NCBI RefSeq assembly: GCF_028641065.1
Contig: NC_073384.1
Span: 51,398,001 to 51,462,000, forward strand
Direction of reading: 5' to 3'
Source of the DNA: Leucoraja erinacea
Taxonomy: Eukaryota
DNA length: 64,000 bases
Under the pieces are notes generated by a model that saw only the letters and a list, made by a program, of their open reading frames with translations, was not told where the DNA came from and made no database searches. The position numbers and the translations under genes are program-made. Within the stretch, counting starts at the first letter, position 1, and the number at the start of each line of letters is the position of its first letter. Shown here in pieces: positions 48,777-61,070 of this stretch.

Positions 48777-49576
48777 ACAATACAATACAATACAATACAA
48801 TACCGTTTATTGTCATTTGAACCTCAAATGAAGTTCAAACAAAATCTGGTTTCTGCAGTCATAAAACAAGAAACAAAAATAAACAAAGACACACAATTTA
48901 CACAAACATCCATCACAGTGAATCTCCTCCTCACTGTGATGGAGGGCAAATTCATTGTTTCTCCCCTGTTTTCCATTCTTCTCCCGATGTTAAAGCCCCC
49001 GGCGGGCGATGGCAAGTCCCGCGGCTGTTAAGCCCGCGCCGGACGATGTAAGGTCCTGCTCCGGGTCTTGATGTTGGAGCCCCTGGCGGGCAATGGCAAG
49101 TCTTGCGGCCATTAAAGCTGTAAGGTCCCGCTCCGAGTCGTTTTCAATCCCGCAATTTGGGCGGGAGAAGTTGCCGTTGCGGGAGCTCAGCCACCAAGGA
49201 CCCGCGAGCTCCCGATGTCACCGGGCGTGCAGCTGGAGCCTCTGAAGCTCCGAAGTCGGGTCGCAGCAGCGCGTCACCACAGCTCTCCATGCTCCGAAGC
49301 TGGCAAGCTCGACGATGGTGTGTCCGCAGGCTGGAGCCCCCAGGTCGTTCCGGTTGGAGGCCGCTCCACGGTGCTAGGCCCCAACGACAACGGAGACCCG
49401 ACAGTGAAGATCGGGTCCCCCATACAGGGAAGAGATTTAAAAATCCCCCCCCCCCCCCACATATACACAGCTAAACACAATATATAAACTACAACCAAAC
49501 TACACTCAACAGGACAAACATTTTCAAAAAGACAGACGGACTGTAGTGGCCGCTGCCGCGAGGCGCCGCCATCTTC
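48777..49576 (-). mobile_element. Non-autonomous non-LTR element with Rex1-like 5' and 3' ends and a non-coding GC-rich middle
   Basis: 5' GAAGATGGCGGCGCC resembles the Rex1 5' end at 36580. The 3' end is GACAATAAACGG(TATTG)n, and there are internal CCCCGGCGGGCGATGGCAAGTC repeats. Confidence 0.65.
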
Positions 49577-50692
49577 ACTTTGCATTTTCTATGACTCCTG
49601 CATGATGTTTTGTTGCATCTATTTATGAAGAGTTCCAGGCCATTGTTTCTTTTGGAGACTTCCAAACTTGAAGCCTTCTAGTAAACTGCATGACTTTTTT
49701 TATATGGTGGCTGCAGTAGTGTGCTTCATAAGCTAATAAATTGCTAGATGGGTATCGGTACCGATGGAGTATTTGATGAAAGATTTTGTTATTTGGCTGA
49801 GAAAGTCTGATTGAAAATCTGTGTTGAAGAAATCCTAAAGGTCACTTATATACATTGATCTATTTCTGAGATTTGTGCTCAAGGACAATTGAATTTGATG
49901 GCAAAGACTATTTTCACCCTTATGGCGATCGGCTTGGGTACGGTTTCTCATGAGTGGAATCTTGCAGCACAAAGCTCCCTTTAATTTTATGTTGGCTGGT
50001 TTTCATGGATAATGTTATATTCATACCATCTCAGTTTATTGTGATGTTGAAGATGAAGCTACTACTGGTACTGAGCAGGATGTGTATGATACTGGCATTT
50101 CAGACTACTTAATGCTGACACTTGGATACAAGCAGTTACGGCATGATGTTTTATAGTGTTGTGGTCCTTCTTTAGTAATTTAACTGTTTGTTTCAAAATC
50201 AGTGTTTCTGTTAGTTTGTATGTTTAAAATTACTGTAACTTCAGCATGAAATAACCTGTTGGACTGAAGGCTTTAAATGTTTGTGCATTGTGAATTTACA
50301 GTTCATGGGCATAAAACAGCTGTTGGTTGTGTATAGGCTCAGCTGTCTATGTTCCAAGCCAGTTTGCACAGCGCATAGTTCAGGATCTTGTGTTTGGTCA
50401 CTGGGCCTCAGCATTTCAGTCAATGTTCCATTCCTTGTGTAAGGAAATAACTACACAGATAAGGGAGGCACGGAGCATTTTTTCCATTGCAGCCCACTGA
50501 TTCTTATTTTACTTTAAATCATAGTTTATCTCATGTCTACACTCTGCCTTTCAAGCTCTTTAAAAGTTTTATTCGTGTTTCTCAGTCTCATAATGGCTTC
50601 TTTGACTTTCATTCGCACATCTTTGGTCCTCATGTTGATAAACAGCAATAAAAGTTTCCAAAGGTGATGGAAAGACTGGGGAAAGATTAGGT

Positions 50693-51220
50693 CAGGGGTT
50701 GGAAACCTTGTTCTGCCGACGTCGCGCCGCCCACCTGCCACTGCGCACCATCGAGCCACCCAGTGACAGCTCGGTGGACATGAGCGACCGGTCTGAGTGG
50801 GGCTCGCTGGGCTGGCAGCTGACCTGGGCTACGAGGCAGAGGCCCAACCCCCCCATGCCTCCCTTCCTTGACCCCGTCCACCAGAACCCTCCCCCAACCC
50901 GCCTGGACCCCCTTGGAGAGGCCAGTCGCAATGGCAAAGCGGAGGCCGAGCTGTCTGACGGGGACAACGAGAGCCTGGACAGCACGCTCAACTCCAACAA
51001 GGCCATCAACTGCAGCACAGGCTCCTTGTGCCGGGACAGCCTGCCCGAAACGCCCTCCTGCCCACAGACCTACCTGCGGGAAACACATCACAGCTGGGAC
51101 TCCCCCACCCTCAACAATGACGGCAGTACCGCATCGGAATAAAAAAAAGACGCCAGCAGGCCGGGTGACATTGGGTTATGGGCCGCATCCAGCCCGTGGG
51201 CTGTAGGTTGCCGACCCCTT
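50693..51220 (+). mobile_element. Non-autonomous hAT (Charlie-like) carrying a captured gene fragment
   Basis: TIRs CAGGGGTTGGAAACCT and AGGTTGCCGACCCCTT. The 8-bp TSD copies GATTAGGT and AACTAGGT each differ by one base from the Tc1 site GACTAGGT (reverse complement at about 46733-46740). Confidence 0.9.
50716..51138 (+). pseudogene. IQSEC2: Captured fragment of an IQSEC/BRAG ARF-GEF coding exon (region just before the Sec7 domain); IQSEC2-like, paralog uncertain
   Basis: [25 protein letters not shown]..QL, then SDGDNESLDSTLNSNKAINCSTGS..RDSL.E..C.QTYLRETHHSWDSP.LNND, then RQYRIG in a shifted frame. This matches my recollection of IQSEC1/2 ([28 protein letters not shown].ND...HYRIG). Confidence 0.85.
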
Positions 51221-52605
51221 AACTAGGTGCTGAGAGCTCTCTTATACCTGCATGAAGGAGGCAATTAAACACACCTGAGCAATTACAAACACCTGTGAAG
51301 CCATGTGTCCCAAACATTATGGTGCCCTGAAATGAGGGCACTTATGTATAAACACTGCTGTCATTTCTACATGGTGAAACCAAAATGTATAAAAATCCCC
51401 TATAATAAAATTGGCCAATGTGCACTTTAACCACATGTGATTTTTTTTCTATTACATTTCTCAAATTGTGGAGTACAGAGGCAAATAAATAAATGATGTG
51501 TTTTTATCCCAAACATTATGGAGGGCACTGTATGATATGCCCTTTCTCTGGGAGATTTTGTATTTATCGAAGACCAATGCACTTTCAACAGTTTAAAATA
51601 CAGTTAGTTAGGATACTTCTGTGCAACATTGTTTCAAATTGTTGCCAGGCACATTGGCTTTAAATTAAGTTAATATTGTGGTTGGGATTAGGTAATAAGC
51701 GCTTTTTTGTCAAAATGCAACAGATAAACTACTCTTAACAATGAAAACTGTCCATCCAGGAGCTGCTTGGTATTTACCATGTTATAAATTCAGTCAACAT
51801 AAACACTGTGTGATTTTCTTACGTGACTAGTTCAAAGTTTTCTTACATACCTTACCTGACCTGGTTCTATGAAATTACACGTTATCACGTACATTTCATT
51901 TTTAAATGTGATACAATATACAGCATGTTTAAAACCAAGCATTATAGGATGGTTGCATTTCATTGTTCTGTGCACAGAGGACGGACGATGTGACGAGTAA
52001 GATGGTCTGTTTACCTCGATGCAATCATGGAACGTTTCAGAACTTGTTAATTCTAATTAAATCTTGCATCTTGGAAGACAACCAAGCAGCCCAAAGCACC
52101 GACCGGTCTTGACTCTGAAAGAATTAACGGAGTCGAATTCCTCATCCTGTTCCCCGTGCTTCTCCATTTCTGGAAGCTATTTATGGAGCCTGACCCATCC
52201 AAGCTTGTGTTGCAGCAGGTGAATGAGGACTGAGATATATCGTGTTTTGTGAAAAAAACAACTTAAATGTATGTCCTTCAGTTGTTCACTGACAGGCAAA
52301 AAATATTATACCCCAATTTACTTAAATCAGGCTTTCCATTTTTAGACCCAGTCTGAAGAAGGGTCCCAACCCAAAACATCTGTCCATTTCCCTCCCCAGG
52401 TGCTGGCTGACTCACTGAGTATCTTGAACATTTTATTTTTTGCTCACGTCTGATGTCTCCTCTCACTGTGAGAATGATCAGTTGTCCTTTTTACCACATG
52501 TCATGAATGAAGATTGCTTTCTCAACGACTTGTACTAATCTAAGAACTATTTCAGTGTTCTCTCGGTTCAAAAGTATCTCAAAGAATTAAGCCAGTTTAA
52601 GATAT

Positions 52606-52698
52606 CTGAAGAATGGTCTCGACCCGAAACGTTACCCATTCCTTCTCTCCAGAGATGCTTCCTGTCCCGCTGAGTTACTCCAGCATTTTGTGTCTACC
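52606..52698 (+). mobile_element. 93-bp Penelope unit starting at the hammerhead-like core
   Basis: CTGAAGAATGGTCTCGACCCGAAACG, with a 9-bp TSD TTAAGATAT. Confidence 0.75.
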
Positions 52699-53084
52699 TT
52701 AAGATATATGAAATTAAACATGTTATAGCCTTAAACAAAAGCTTGTGCCATTTTCCTTCATCCGTTGCTAGAATCTGATGCACATGTAATTATTATGTTG
52801 CCATCCACATTAAGTCGAAACAATTTGAACCGAATGACTGAGTGGTGTCAAAATGCTCTGGTTGCCATTTGTATTTGGGGAGGAAAAATGGTGGCTTGGG
52901 CATCTCTTGATGGCTCCCCACTGAACCTGGCAGTAACTGCATGTGAAAGCCTTTTGGTGAGAAGATAATGTTTGCTTGTAATCCCCTTGTTAGTTATAGA
53001 GCCTGTAATCATTTACTATTACAGTTCACACGTGAGCAGCGGCATGTGAGTAAGGCAATTGTGCCCACAGAAATCCCGGCCAGA

Positions 53085-53580
53085 AGCTCATCTACTGTAT
53101 CTGCTGTTCCTGATGTCAACTCCTGTATATCGGCGAGACCAAGCACAGGCTCGGCGATCGTTTCACTGAACATCTCCGCTCAGTCCGCCTTAACCTACCT
53201 GATCTCCCGGTGGCTCAGCACTTTAACTCCACAAACCATTCCCAATCTGACCTTTCTGTCTTGGGCCTCCTCCATTGTCAGAGTGAAGCCCAGCGCAAAT
53301 TGGAGGAACAGCACCTCGTATTTCGCTTGGGTAGCTTAGACCCCAGCATTATGAACATTGACTTCTCTAACTACAAGTAGCCCTTGCTTTCCCTCTCTCT
53401 CCATCCCCATCCCTTCCCCCTTCCCAGTTCTCCCACCAGTCTTACTGTCTCTGACTACATTCTATCTCTGTCCCGCCCACTCCCTTGACATCAGTCTGAA
53501 GAAGGGTCTCGCCCCAAAACCCATTCCTTCTCTCCAGAGATGCGGCCTGTCTTGCTGAGTTACTCCAGCATTTTGTGTTA
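53085..53580 (+). mobile_element. Penelope-like element 3' end (GIY-YIG remnant and terminal repeat)
   Basis: LIYCICCS*CQLLYIGETKHRLGDRF.EHLRSV, the same family as 35310-35785. Confidence 0.9.
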
Positions 53581-54129
53581 CCTGTTGTTTCTCAATCATT
53601 AATATTAGTCTTAAGATATGTTTATGTCAAAGCCAACATATGGTTTGTGTTCACTCATGCTATTGAAGGCTTTCGTCACAGTAAGAAATTAGATTAAAAA
53701 AAATTATGCTTACATTTTCCCTGCACATAGTTTATCTTTTTTTAAAAGATCTTGAATAAGCATGCATGCAAATTCAAGGGAAACGTCTGAGTAATGCATT
53801 CTTTTGCATTGTACAGGTAATAGTGAAAGTCTGGAGCTGGAGTTTCATTTTTTTCAATTCGGTGCTCTTAGGTGGTTTAATTTTGCTGGATCCTAAGTCT
53901 TATGCAAACGTAGCAGTAATCGCTTCAGAGCAACCTTTGTACTGTACAGAACTTTGAGGCGACGATTGAAGTTGCTTTTAACCATGCCTGTGCTCATAGA
54001 GACCAAAGTTAACTTTTTTTTCCAATGTAGTTTTCCTGTGACAAACTTGTAAAGCTTTAATTGTTCTAAGATGAGTACCAGTTTTATTCCACCTGTTGTC
54101 CTTTCAAAAGCCCAGATAGATACCCTTAT

Positions 54130-54510
54130 GTCACATTCATAGCATCACCCTGTTCTGAAGCAGGCCTTTCGGCCAACAGAGTCTGCACTGACTATAAAAC
54201 ACCTACTTTCAGTGGTAACTAATCCCATTTCATTCTCCCCACATTCCCACCAATATCCTTCTGATTTTAGTAAGAATTTCACTGTTTCATTTTGGGAAAT
54301 ATGGCAATAAAACACTTGACTCAATATACTCCATATGGTTTTCAGTGGATAGTTAACCTACCAAGCTGCATATCTTTGAGATTCGAGATAAAACTGGCGT
54401 ACCTCGAAGAAATCCACATCTCTCCAGGTGAAGATACAGATTACATAGGCAGCACCCAAAGCCAGGATTGAACCGGGGGTACTGGCCCTGTGACACAGTG
54501 CAACCAGTTG
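54130..54510 (-). mobile_element. Degraded V-SINE
   Basis: CAGGCCTTTCGGCC tail, TTAACCTAC core and GGATTGAACC B-box on the reverse strand. Confidence 0.6.
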
Positions 54511-56959
54511 CCGGTAGGCTCTCGGGGATATTGGGAGTAGACCTTCAAATGTAGTTTGCAGTTGGGGAGAGGTGGGTGGTGATAATGATGATGATACTAT
54601 ATTGTTACTTGTGGTAAACATATTTGTTTTTGTATAAAAAGTACACAAAAGAGTTGCTACAAAGGCACTGACAAAGTTACAAAAAGTACTCATTCCTTCT
54701 TCGTCACCCCACAGGGTCCCCCTTAGCTCTTGGCAGCCTTCCCACTCCGGGCTGCTTTTTGTTCTCGGCGACGAGGCCCATCTACTTTGGCCCAACCTCG
54801 AGACTCTGTCCTTGGCCTGACCTCGAGGCTCTGGCCTGATCTCATCCAGGGGGGCTCTAACTCGATATCGGGGCCCTGACTCGTCATCGGCCCGACCCGA
54901 CCTCTTCCTTGGCTGGACCCGATCTCAGGGCTACGACCCAACCACCTCGCCTCGACCACTTGCACCGCATCGGCCTCTCCGCAGGCCGTGGGCGAGTGAT
55001 CCGACCACAGCGGGCGAGTCGGGCCTGCTCGCAGGAGTGTCCTGGCCCGTTGCTAGCCGGGAGTGATGGGTGGTTGCGGGAGCTGAAAATGTTTGCTGCC
55101 CAGTCCTCATCCTCCGTCCCTTATTTGATAATTTGAGAATACTTGGACATCTGCAACATGAGAATGGATGATTTAGTAAACCACAGTGATGAAAATGGGT
55201 AAATGAAGCAAAGGTTCAAATCATGTATGATCCATTGATTGATGGACAACTTGGGCCCACACCCATATCCTGTATATATAACTGGGCTTTCTTTATGCAG
55301 CTTAGTACTACACTCTATATTTTGGCCAATGCATTCATGTTCACACCACAGTTCAGCTGTTTTAACACATGTTGAATGTTATTTTTGTCCTTGCTGCACT
55401 TAAAGCCAGTGTTAGCGCAATAGTAATGAAACTGCCTTTTAAAATTAAACTAAAGTCATGATAACCTTCACATTAAATTGAATGCTCAATTATGGTTCAA
55501 AATGTTAGTTTGTTTGCATTTTCTGTTTTAAAAATATAATACCAATTGTAAGTTTTGTTCAAACTCTAAATTGTAACATGCCATGATTTCAGAAAAACAA
55601 ATAAGAATAAATAATAATATTTAGTCTTTTATTTGAAAGTTGTTTGTTTAATTTACCTCTGAGTAATTTTAAATAGTTTTGGTGAAAGGATTTTAGGTAA
55701 TTGATTGGGTTGTGTTTTGATTGGAAGAAGTACTGTGCACAGTCTTCATTATAAAAGAAATCTGGATCCATTAGTAAAGGAGCAAAAATTATCCACAGTT
55801 ATCATAATAAAATGAGGTAATATTGTTTTCAATATAGAGTGATTGAGCCAGGGCTACATGCACTAGAAATGGAACCGGGATCGTAAGGTCATAAGTGATA
55901 GGAGCAGAATTAGTCCATTTGGTCCATCTAGTATACTCTGACATTCAATCATGGCTGATCTATCTCTCCCTCCTAAATCCACTCTCCTGCCTTCTCCCCA
56001 TAACCCATGACACCCGCAAGAATCTATCTACCTATGCCTTAAAAATATCATTAGACGGCCTCCGCGGCCTTCTGTGGCAAAGAATTCACCAGATTCTCCA
56101 CCCTCTGACTAAAGAAATTCCTCCCCATCTATGAGATCTATGATCTCGAAAGGAAGGCAAAATATTGACCACATAATTTATTTCCATAGTTTTACATTGA
56201 GTCTTGCCTGTCTCTTAACTATGTAAACCTTTGGGGTTAAAAGGGCTGACAATGTGCATCATTTATACCTGAACGTGAGAAGAGGGCAGGAAGAAGGCAT
56301 TGCAAAGATTGTGGAAGATTTGACAAGGTGATTTTGATCTGATATTGAGAAAGGAAGTCGGTGCTATTTGTGTCATTGTTCTCTTTTCAATAAATATGTT
56401 TGCAACAGTAATCATGAGCTTTGAAGCGTAATGGAATTCAACCAACTCTCCACTGGATTCTTATCCAAAGATGTTGATTCATCTGTTCTCTGTGTCGATG
56501 TTGCCTGCGATGAAGTGAATACAATGAAGGCTTACCAGATTGAATCGTAGGGTGGGTATTTTGGGTGGAACAAGGAGGCAAGGTTGAGCAGACTGGGTCG
56601 ATAGAATAATGAGAGAAGATCTAATTGCCACATTAAAAAGCTTCATGAAACTTGAAAGAGCAGTTGATGGTTTCCTGGTTGGAGTGAGACTCAAAAGGAG
56701 TCATTCATCGGGACTGAAATGGGAAGAGATTTCTTCAATCTAGTAGGAGTGAATTTTTGGATTTTCCTTCTGAACAGGGCTGAGGAGGCTTGGTCAACAA
56801 GTGTATTGAAGGTACAGCTCAATATACTTTTGGATAGTACGTAACATACAGTTATTGGAGAAAAATTGTGTTGAGATAAATGATCGGCCACTATCTTATT
56901 GAGTGGCAAAGTAAGAGAGCTGAACAGCCTGCTGCAGCTTCTATTTCTTGTCCACTTTA

Positions 56960-57590
56960 ATAATAATAATAATAATAATAATATCTTTTAATGTCATTGC
57001 ACGTCAGTGCAACGAGATTTAGTATGCAGCTTCCAACCGATGTAAAAGAAAAGTAAAATAAATAAATAAGCTGTGTGGCGTGACCATCCGAGGGAGACAG
57101 TCCAGGGGGGATGGGGGGCACTCAGCAGGGCCGGTTCAGAGCCGCTATAGCTCTGGGAATAAAGCTGTTTCTGAGTCTGGAGGTTCGGGCGTAGAAGGCC
57201 TTGTAACGTCTGCCAGAGGGAACTAGTTCGAACAGTCCGTTACAAGGGTGTGAGGAGTCTTTATGGATGCTGACGGCCTTCCTGAGGCACCGTGTGTAGT
57301 AGATGCCCTCCAAGGCTGGTAGCTGTGTCCCAATAATCCTCTGCGCTCTGTGGACGACGCGCTGAAGAGCTCTCCGCCTCCGTGCAGCTGAGATACCACA
57401 CAGAGATGCCATACGTTAATATGCTCTCTGTGGTGCAGCGGTAGAACGTTGTCAGCAGCTGTTGGGGCAGACCAGTCTTTTTTAATGTCCTCAGGAAGAA
57501 CAGTCGTTGCTGTGCCTTCTTGACCAGCGCAGCGGTGTTGGTGGACCATGTGAGGTCCTCTGAAATATGAGTGCCCAGAAACTTAAAACT
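56960..57590 (-). mobile_element. Rex1-like LINE 3' fragment
   Basis: (TAA)n tail, FKFLGTHISEDLTW and LVPSGRRYKAFYARTSRLRNSFIPRAI. Confidence 0.9.
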
Positions 57591-58149
57591 TTAAGGTATC
57601 TCTGAAATGTTTTTGCAGTAACAGAGAAATTGGACGGATTTGTTCTGGACACCTTAGAGGAATATTCATTGGCTATTACTTAGGTAACTGAGGAAGAAAA
57701 AAATGTCATAATTATAGCCGGCATTTTATTTCCGTGTAATAAAAATGAACTGCAGATGCTGGTTTATATCAAAGATAGACACAAAGTACTCTTTGTCTCT
57801 GGAGAAAATGAATAGGATTTTATTTTCCTGTTTGGCTTCATAAGTGATGGTGTTGACTAGCACACATTATGATAATACCAACCTCTATTGATTATACCAC
57901 ATAAATGTCTCTGAAACTAATCCTAAACTTATGCATTTTGTCCTTCCGTAATTTCTCTTAAAATGATGGAGATCTGAATTAATCTGGAATTGTAGAAACG
58001 AGGAACTGCAGATGCTGGTTTATGAAAAAGGCCACAAAGTGCTGGAGTAACTCAGTGGGTCAGGCAGCATCTCTGGCGAATTTGGATGTGACGTTATGGG
58101 TCCTAACCCTTCTTCAGACAGCTGGTATTGTCAACGTAATGAAATTAAT

Positions 58150-59110
58150 ACATTGGGGAGCACCTCAAGGCTGTGTGCTCAGCCCTCTGCTCCACTCACT
58201 CTATACTCATGACTGTGTTGCCAGACACAGTGCGAACTCCATCCTCAAGTTTGCCAATGACCACCGTTATTGAACAAATTACAGATGGTGATGAGTCAGA
58301 GTATAGACGTGAGATCGATCGACTGACCAAATGGATCGACTGACCATATCTATAAGACCAAGGAACTGATTGTGGACTTTGAAAGAGGAAGGATGAGGAC
58401 CCATAAACCTGTCTATATCAACGGAACGATGGTGGAGAGAGCCAAAGCTTCAAATTCCTGGGCGTACATATTTCTAAAGATCTTTCCTGGACCCACCACA
58501 CTGATGCAATTATATAGAAAGCACGTCAACGTCTCTACTTCCTGTGAAAATTTTGGAGATTCAGTATATCAGAGAGGATTCTCTTAGACCTCTACAGGTG
58601 TACAGTAGAGAGCATAATGACTGGTTGCATCACGGCATGGTTAAGCAACTTGAATGCCCAGGAGCGAAGAAGACTCCAAAAAATTGTGAACACTGCCCTG
58701 TCCATCACGGTTCTGCCCTCCCCACCATCGAAGGGACTTACTAGAGTTGCTGCCTCATAAAGGCAGCCTGCACCATTAGAGACTCACACCATCCTGGCCA
58801 CACACTCATTTCACCCCCGCGATCGGAAAGAAGGTACTGGAGCCTGAAAACTGTAACGTCCAGGTTCAGGATCAGCTTTTTCCCAACAGCCATTAGGCTA
58901 TTAAGCACTGCAATCAGAAATAAGCTCTGACCTACATAGACGTATTGTTTTTTTTTACGTGTACGTCTGCGTGTGTATATACACGCACTGAACTTTTGTT
59001 TTTCTCATTATATTGTTTACAGTGTACTATGGTTACATATTCTGTTGTGCTGCTGCAAGTAAGAATTTCATTGTTCTATTTGGGAAATATGACAATAAAA
59101 CACTCTTGAC
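58150..59110 (+). mobile_element. Rex1-like LINE 3' fragment, degraded
   Basis: [36 protein letters not shown] and a GACAATAAAACACTCTTGAC tail. Confidence 0.88.
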
Positions 59111-59659
59111 TAATAATGTTCAGTGGAAAAAATTGATCTGGCAGTGAAAAAAGAATTGGGTTATAGCTTCAAGTGATTATGTGTGTGACTTGAACTATTC
59201 CATTGAATAGCTGCCCTTGTATCTTTAGGTGGCAGAGGTCACAGACTTGGAAAGTGCAGGAAGAAATCTTGGCAGGTTGTACTTTGTTTCATGTAGAGGC
59301 TACACACACTGCACACTAACCCTACGTGGAGAAAGTATTTACCCCTAAGTGGAGAGAGAATGCATTCATTCAAGTAATTGGCCAGTATTTCATATACTTG
59401 TGGATGGTGGAAAGGCTTTGAGGGGCCAGGAGGTGAGCTACTTAACACAGCGCACAACCTCTGATCTGTGCCAGTGGCAGACACACCTCATTGTCACATT
59501 CTAAATTGTTAAATGTTGCCGTTCATGTGCAGACATATAAAATAAGGCATACATCACAAATCTGAAATATTTTAATATAGTGAAAATATTTTTCTTGGTT
59601 ATACCTAGGTAGGATAGGAAGAGTGAATGATAGGATCCAGAGGAATGTTGGAGGATAGC

Positions 59660-60850
59660 GAGACCATGGGGTACAAATACATTGAAAGTTGCAACACAGA
59701 TGGGTGGTGAAGGTTTAAGGCACGTTTTGGCTTAATTGGTAGTCCATTGCGTAGGAGAGTCGGGGCATCATGTTACACCTATGTAATCCTTTGGTGAGAC
59801 CACACTTGAAGCATTATGTGTTCTGGTCACCATGTTGTATGAAGGAAGCCAGAGAGGGTGCAGCAAAGGCTCTTGAGGATGTTGCTGGGAGTGAAATGCT
59901 TGAGTTAGTCAGAGAGACTGGATAGGCTGGAATTGTTTTCCATGGAACTGAGGTAGAGATGACATTGTGGTGGCGTATAAATCATGAAAGGGATAAATAA
60001 GGTTGATGGACACCATCTTTGTCCAAGGATAGGAAAGTCTAACACTGGAGAATGTAGGTTTAGGATGATAGGGAAAAGATATAAAGGGGACCTGAGGGTC
60101 AATTTGTTTTTCACACAGGGTGGTGGGTATATGGAATGAGCTGCCAATGGAAGCTTTAGAAGGAAAGAGCAATTACAATATTTAGAAAACATTTGATGGG
60201 AAGGATGACATATAATGCTGGAGTAACTCAGCGGGAAAGGCAGCATCTCTGGAGAGAAGGAATGGGTGTCGTTTTGGGTCGAGACCCTTTTTCAGACTGT
60301 CATGCTGCCTGTCCCGCTGAGTTAAGGGCCTGTCCCACGAGCATGCGACCTGCATGCGGCAAGCGCGACCTAAAGGGCCGGTCCCACCAGCATGCTCCTG
60401 CATGCGGCAAGTGCGACCAAACCAGAAGCGGGAGCCGCGCGGAGGTCGAGTGAGTGACATGGCGTTGAGGCGGCTGCGGGCCGGCAAGCCGTCGGGATTT
60501 TTACGGGTTTTTCGGAGCCCCTTTTTCTCCACACAACTGTCCGGCGATCAGTGGGACCGGCCCCGCTGCCTACGGTCAAGCGACCACTGACGCTTACATG
60601 CAGGCATGGTTGGGACAGGCCCTTTCTCCAGCAGAGAGATGCTGCCTGTTCCAGCATTTTGTGTCTCCCTTTGATTTAAACCAGTATCTGCAGTTCTTTC
60701 CTACATATTTGGACAGGAACATGGATGTCAAAGGTACAGAGGAATATGTGTCGAACGGAACCAAACTCAGAAATACATCTTGTTCAGCTTGGACAAATTG
60801 GGCTGAAGGGCTTGTTCCCATGCTATTTAACTGTGTACTTTCCATGTCTC
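59660..60850 (+). mobile_element. Degraded CR1 fragment interrupted by Penelope units and a MITE
   Basis: LVRPHLKHY, DRLELFS and FFTQGGG remnants; the 3' UTR resumes at about 60705. Confidence 0.7.
60325..60623. mobile_element. Harbinger-type MITE
   Basis: TIRs AGGGCCTGTCCCA and TGGGACAGGCCCT, inserted at the TTA of a Penelope unit (GCTGAG-TTA-CTCCAGCA). A second internal left-end copy lies at about 60374. Confidence 0.82.
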
Positions 60851-60874
60851 TATTTTACAGCAAGCTAAATGATT

Positions 60875-61070
60875 GTTTTAGATTTTGGTTCTAGAGATAC
60901 AGCTTGGAAACAAACGCGCATGCCTACCTTCAATCACCCGTTCACACTAGTTCCATGTTATCCCACTTTCGCATCCACTCCCTACACACTAGGGATAATT
61001 TACAGAGGCCAATTAACCTACAAATACACATGTCTTTGGGATGAGGGAGGAAACTGGAGCACCCAGGGAT
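60875..61070 (-). mobile_element. V-SINE 3' half
   Basis: CACACTAGGGATAATTTACAGAGGCCAATTAACCTACAAA core. Confidence 0.8.

Larger units (their letters stand above)
50557..51530 (-). mobile_element. Tc1 5' fragment (same family as 46432-47938), interrupted by a hAT
   Basis: Reverse complement of the left TIR and the transposase start MRTKDVRMKVKEAIMRL; ends GAGGGCACTG|TA. Confidence 0.92.

Noticed and set aside
53935-53960. miR-148-like ACAGAACTTTG
   Set aside because: The seed TCAGTGCA is absent and there is no convincing hairpin.
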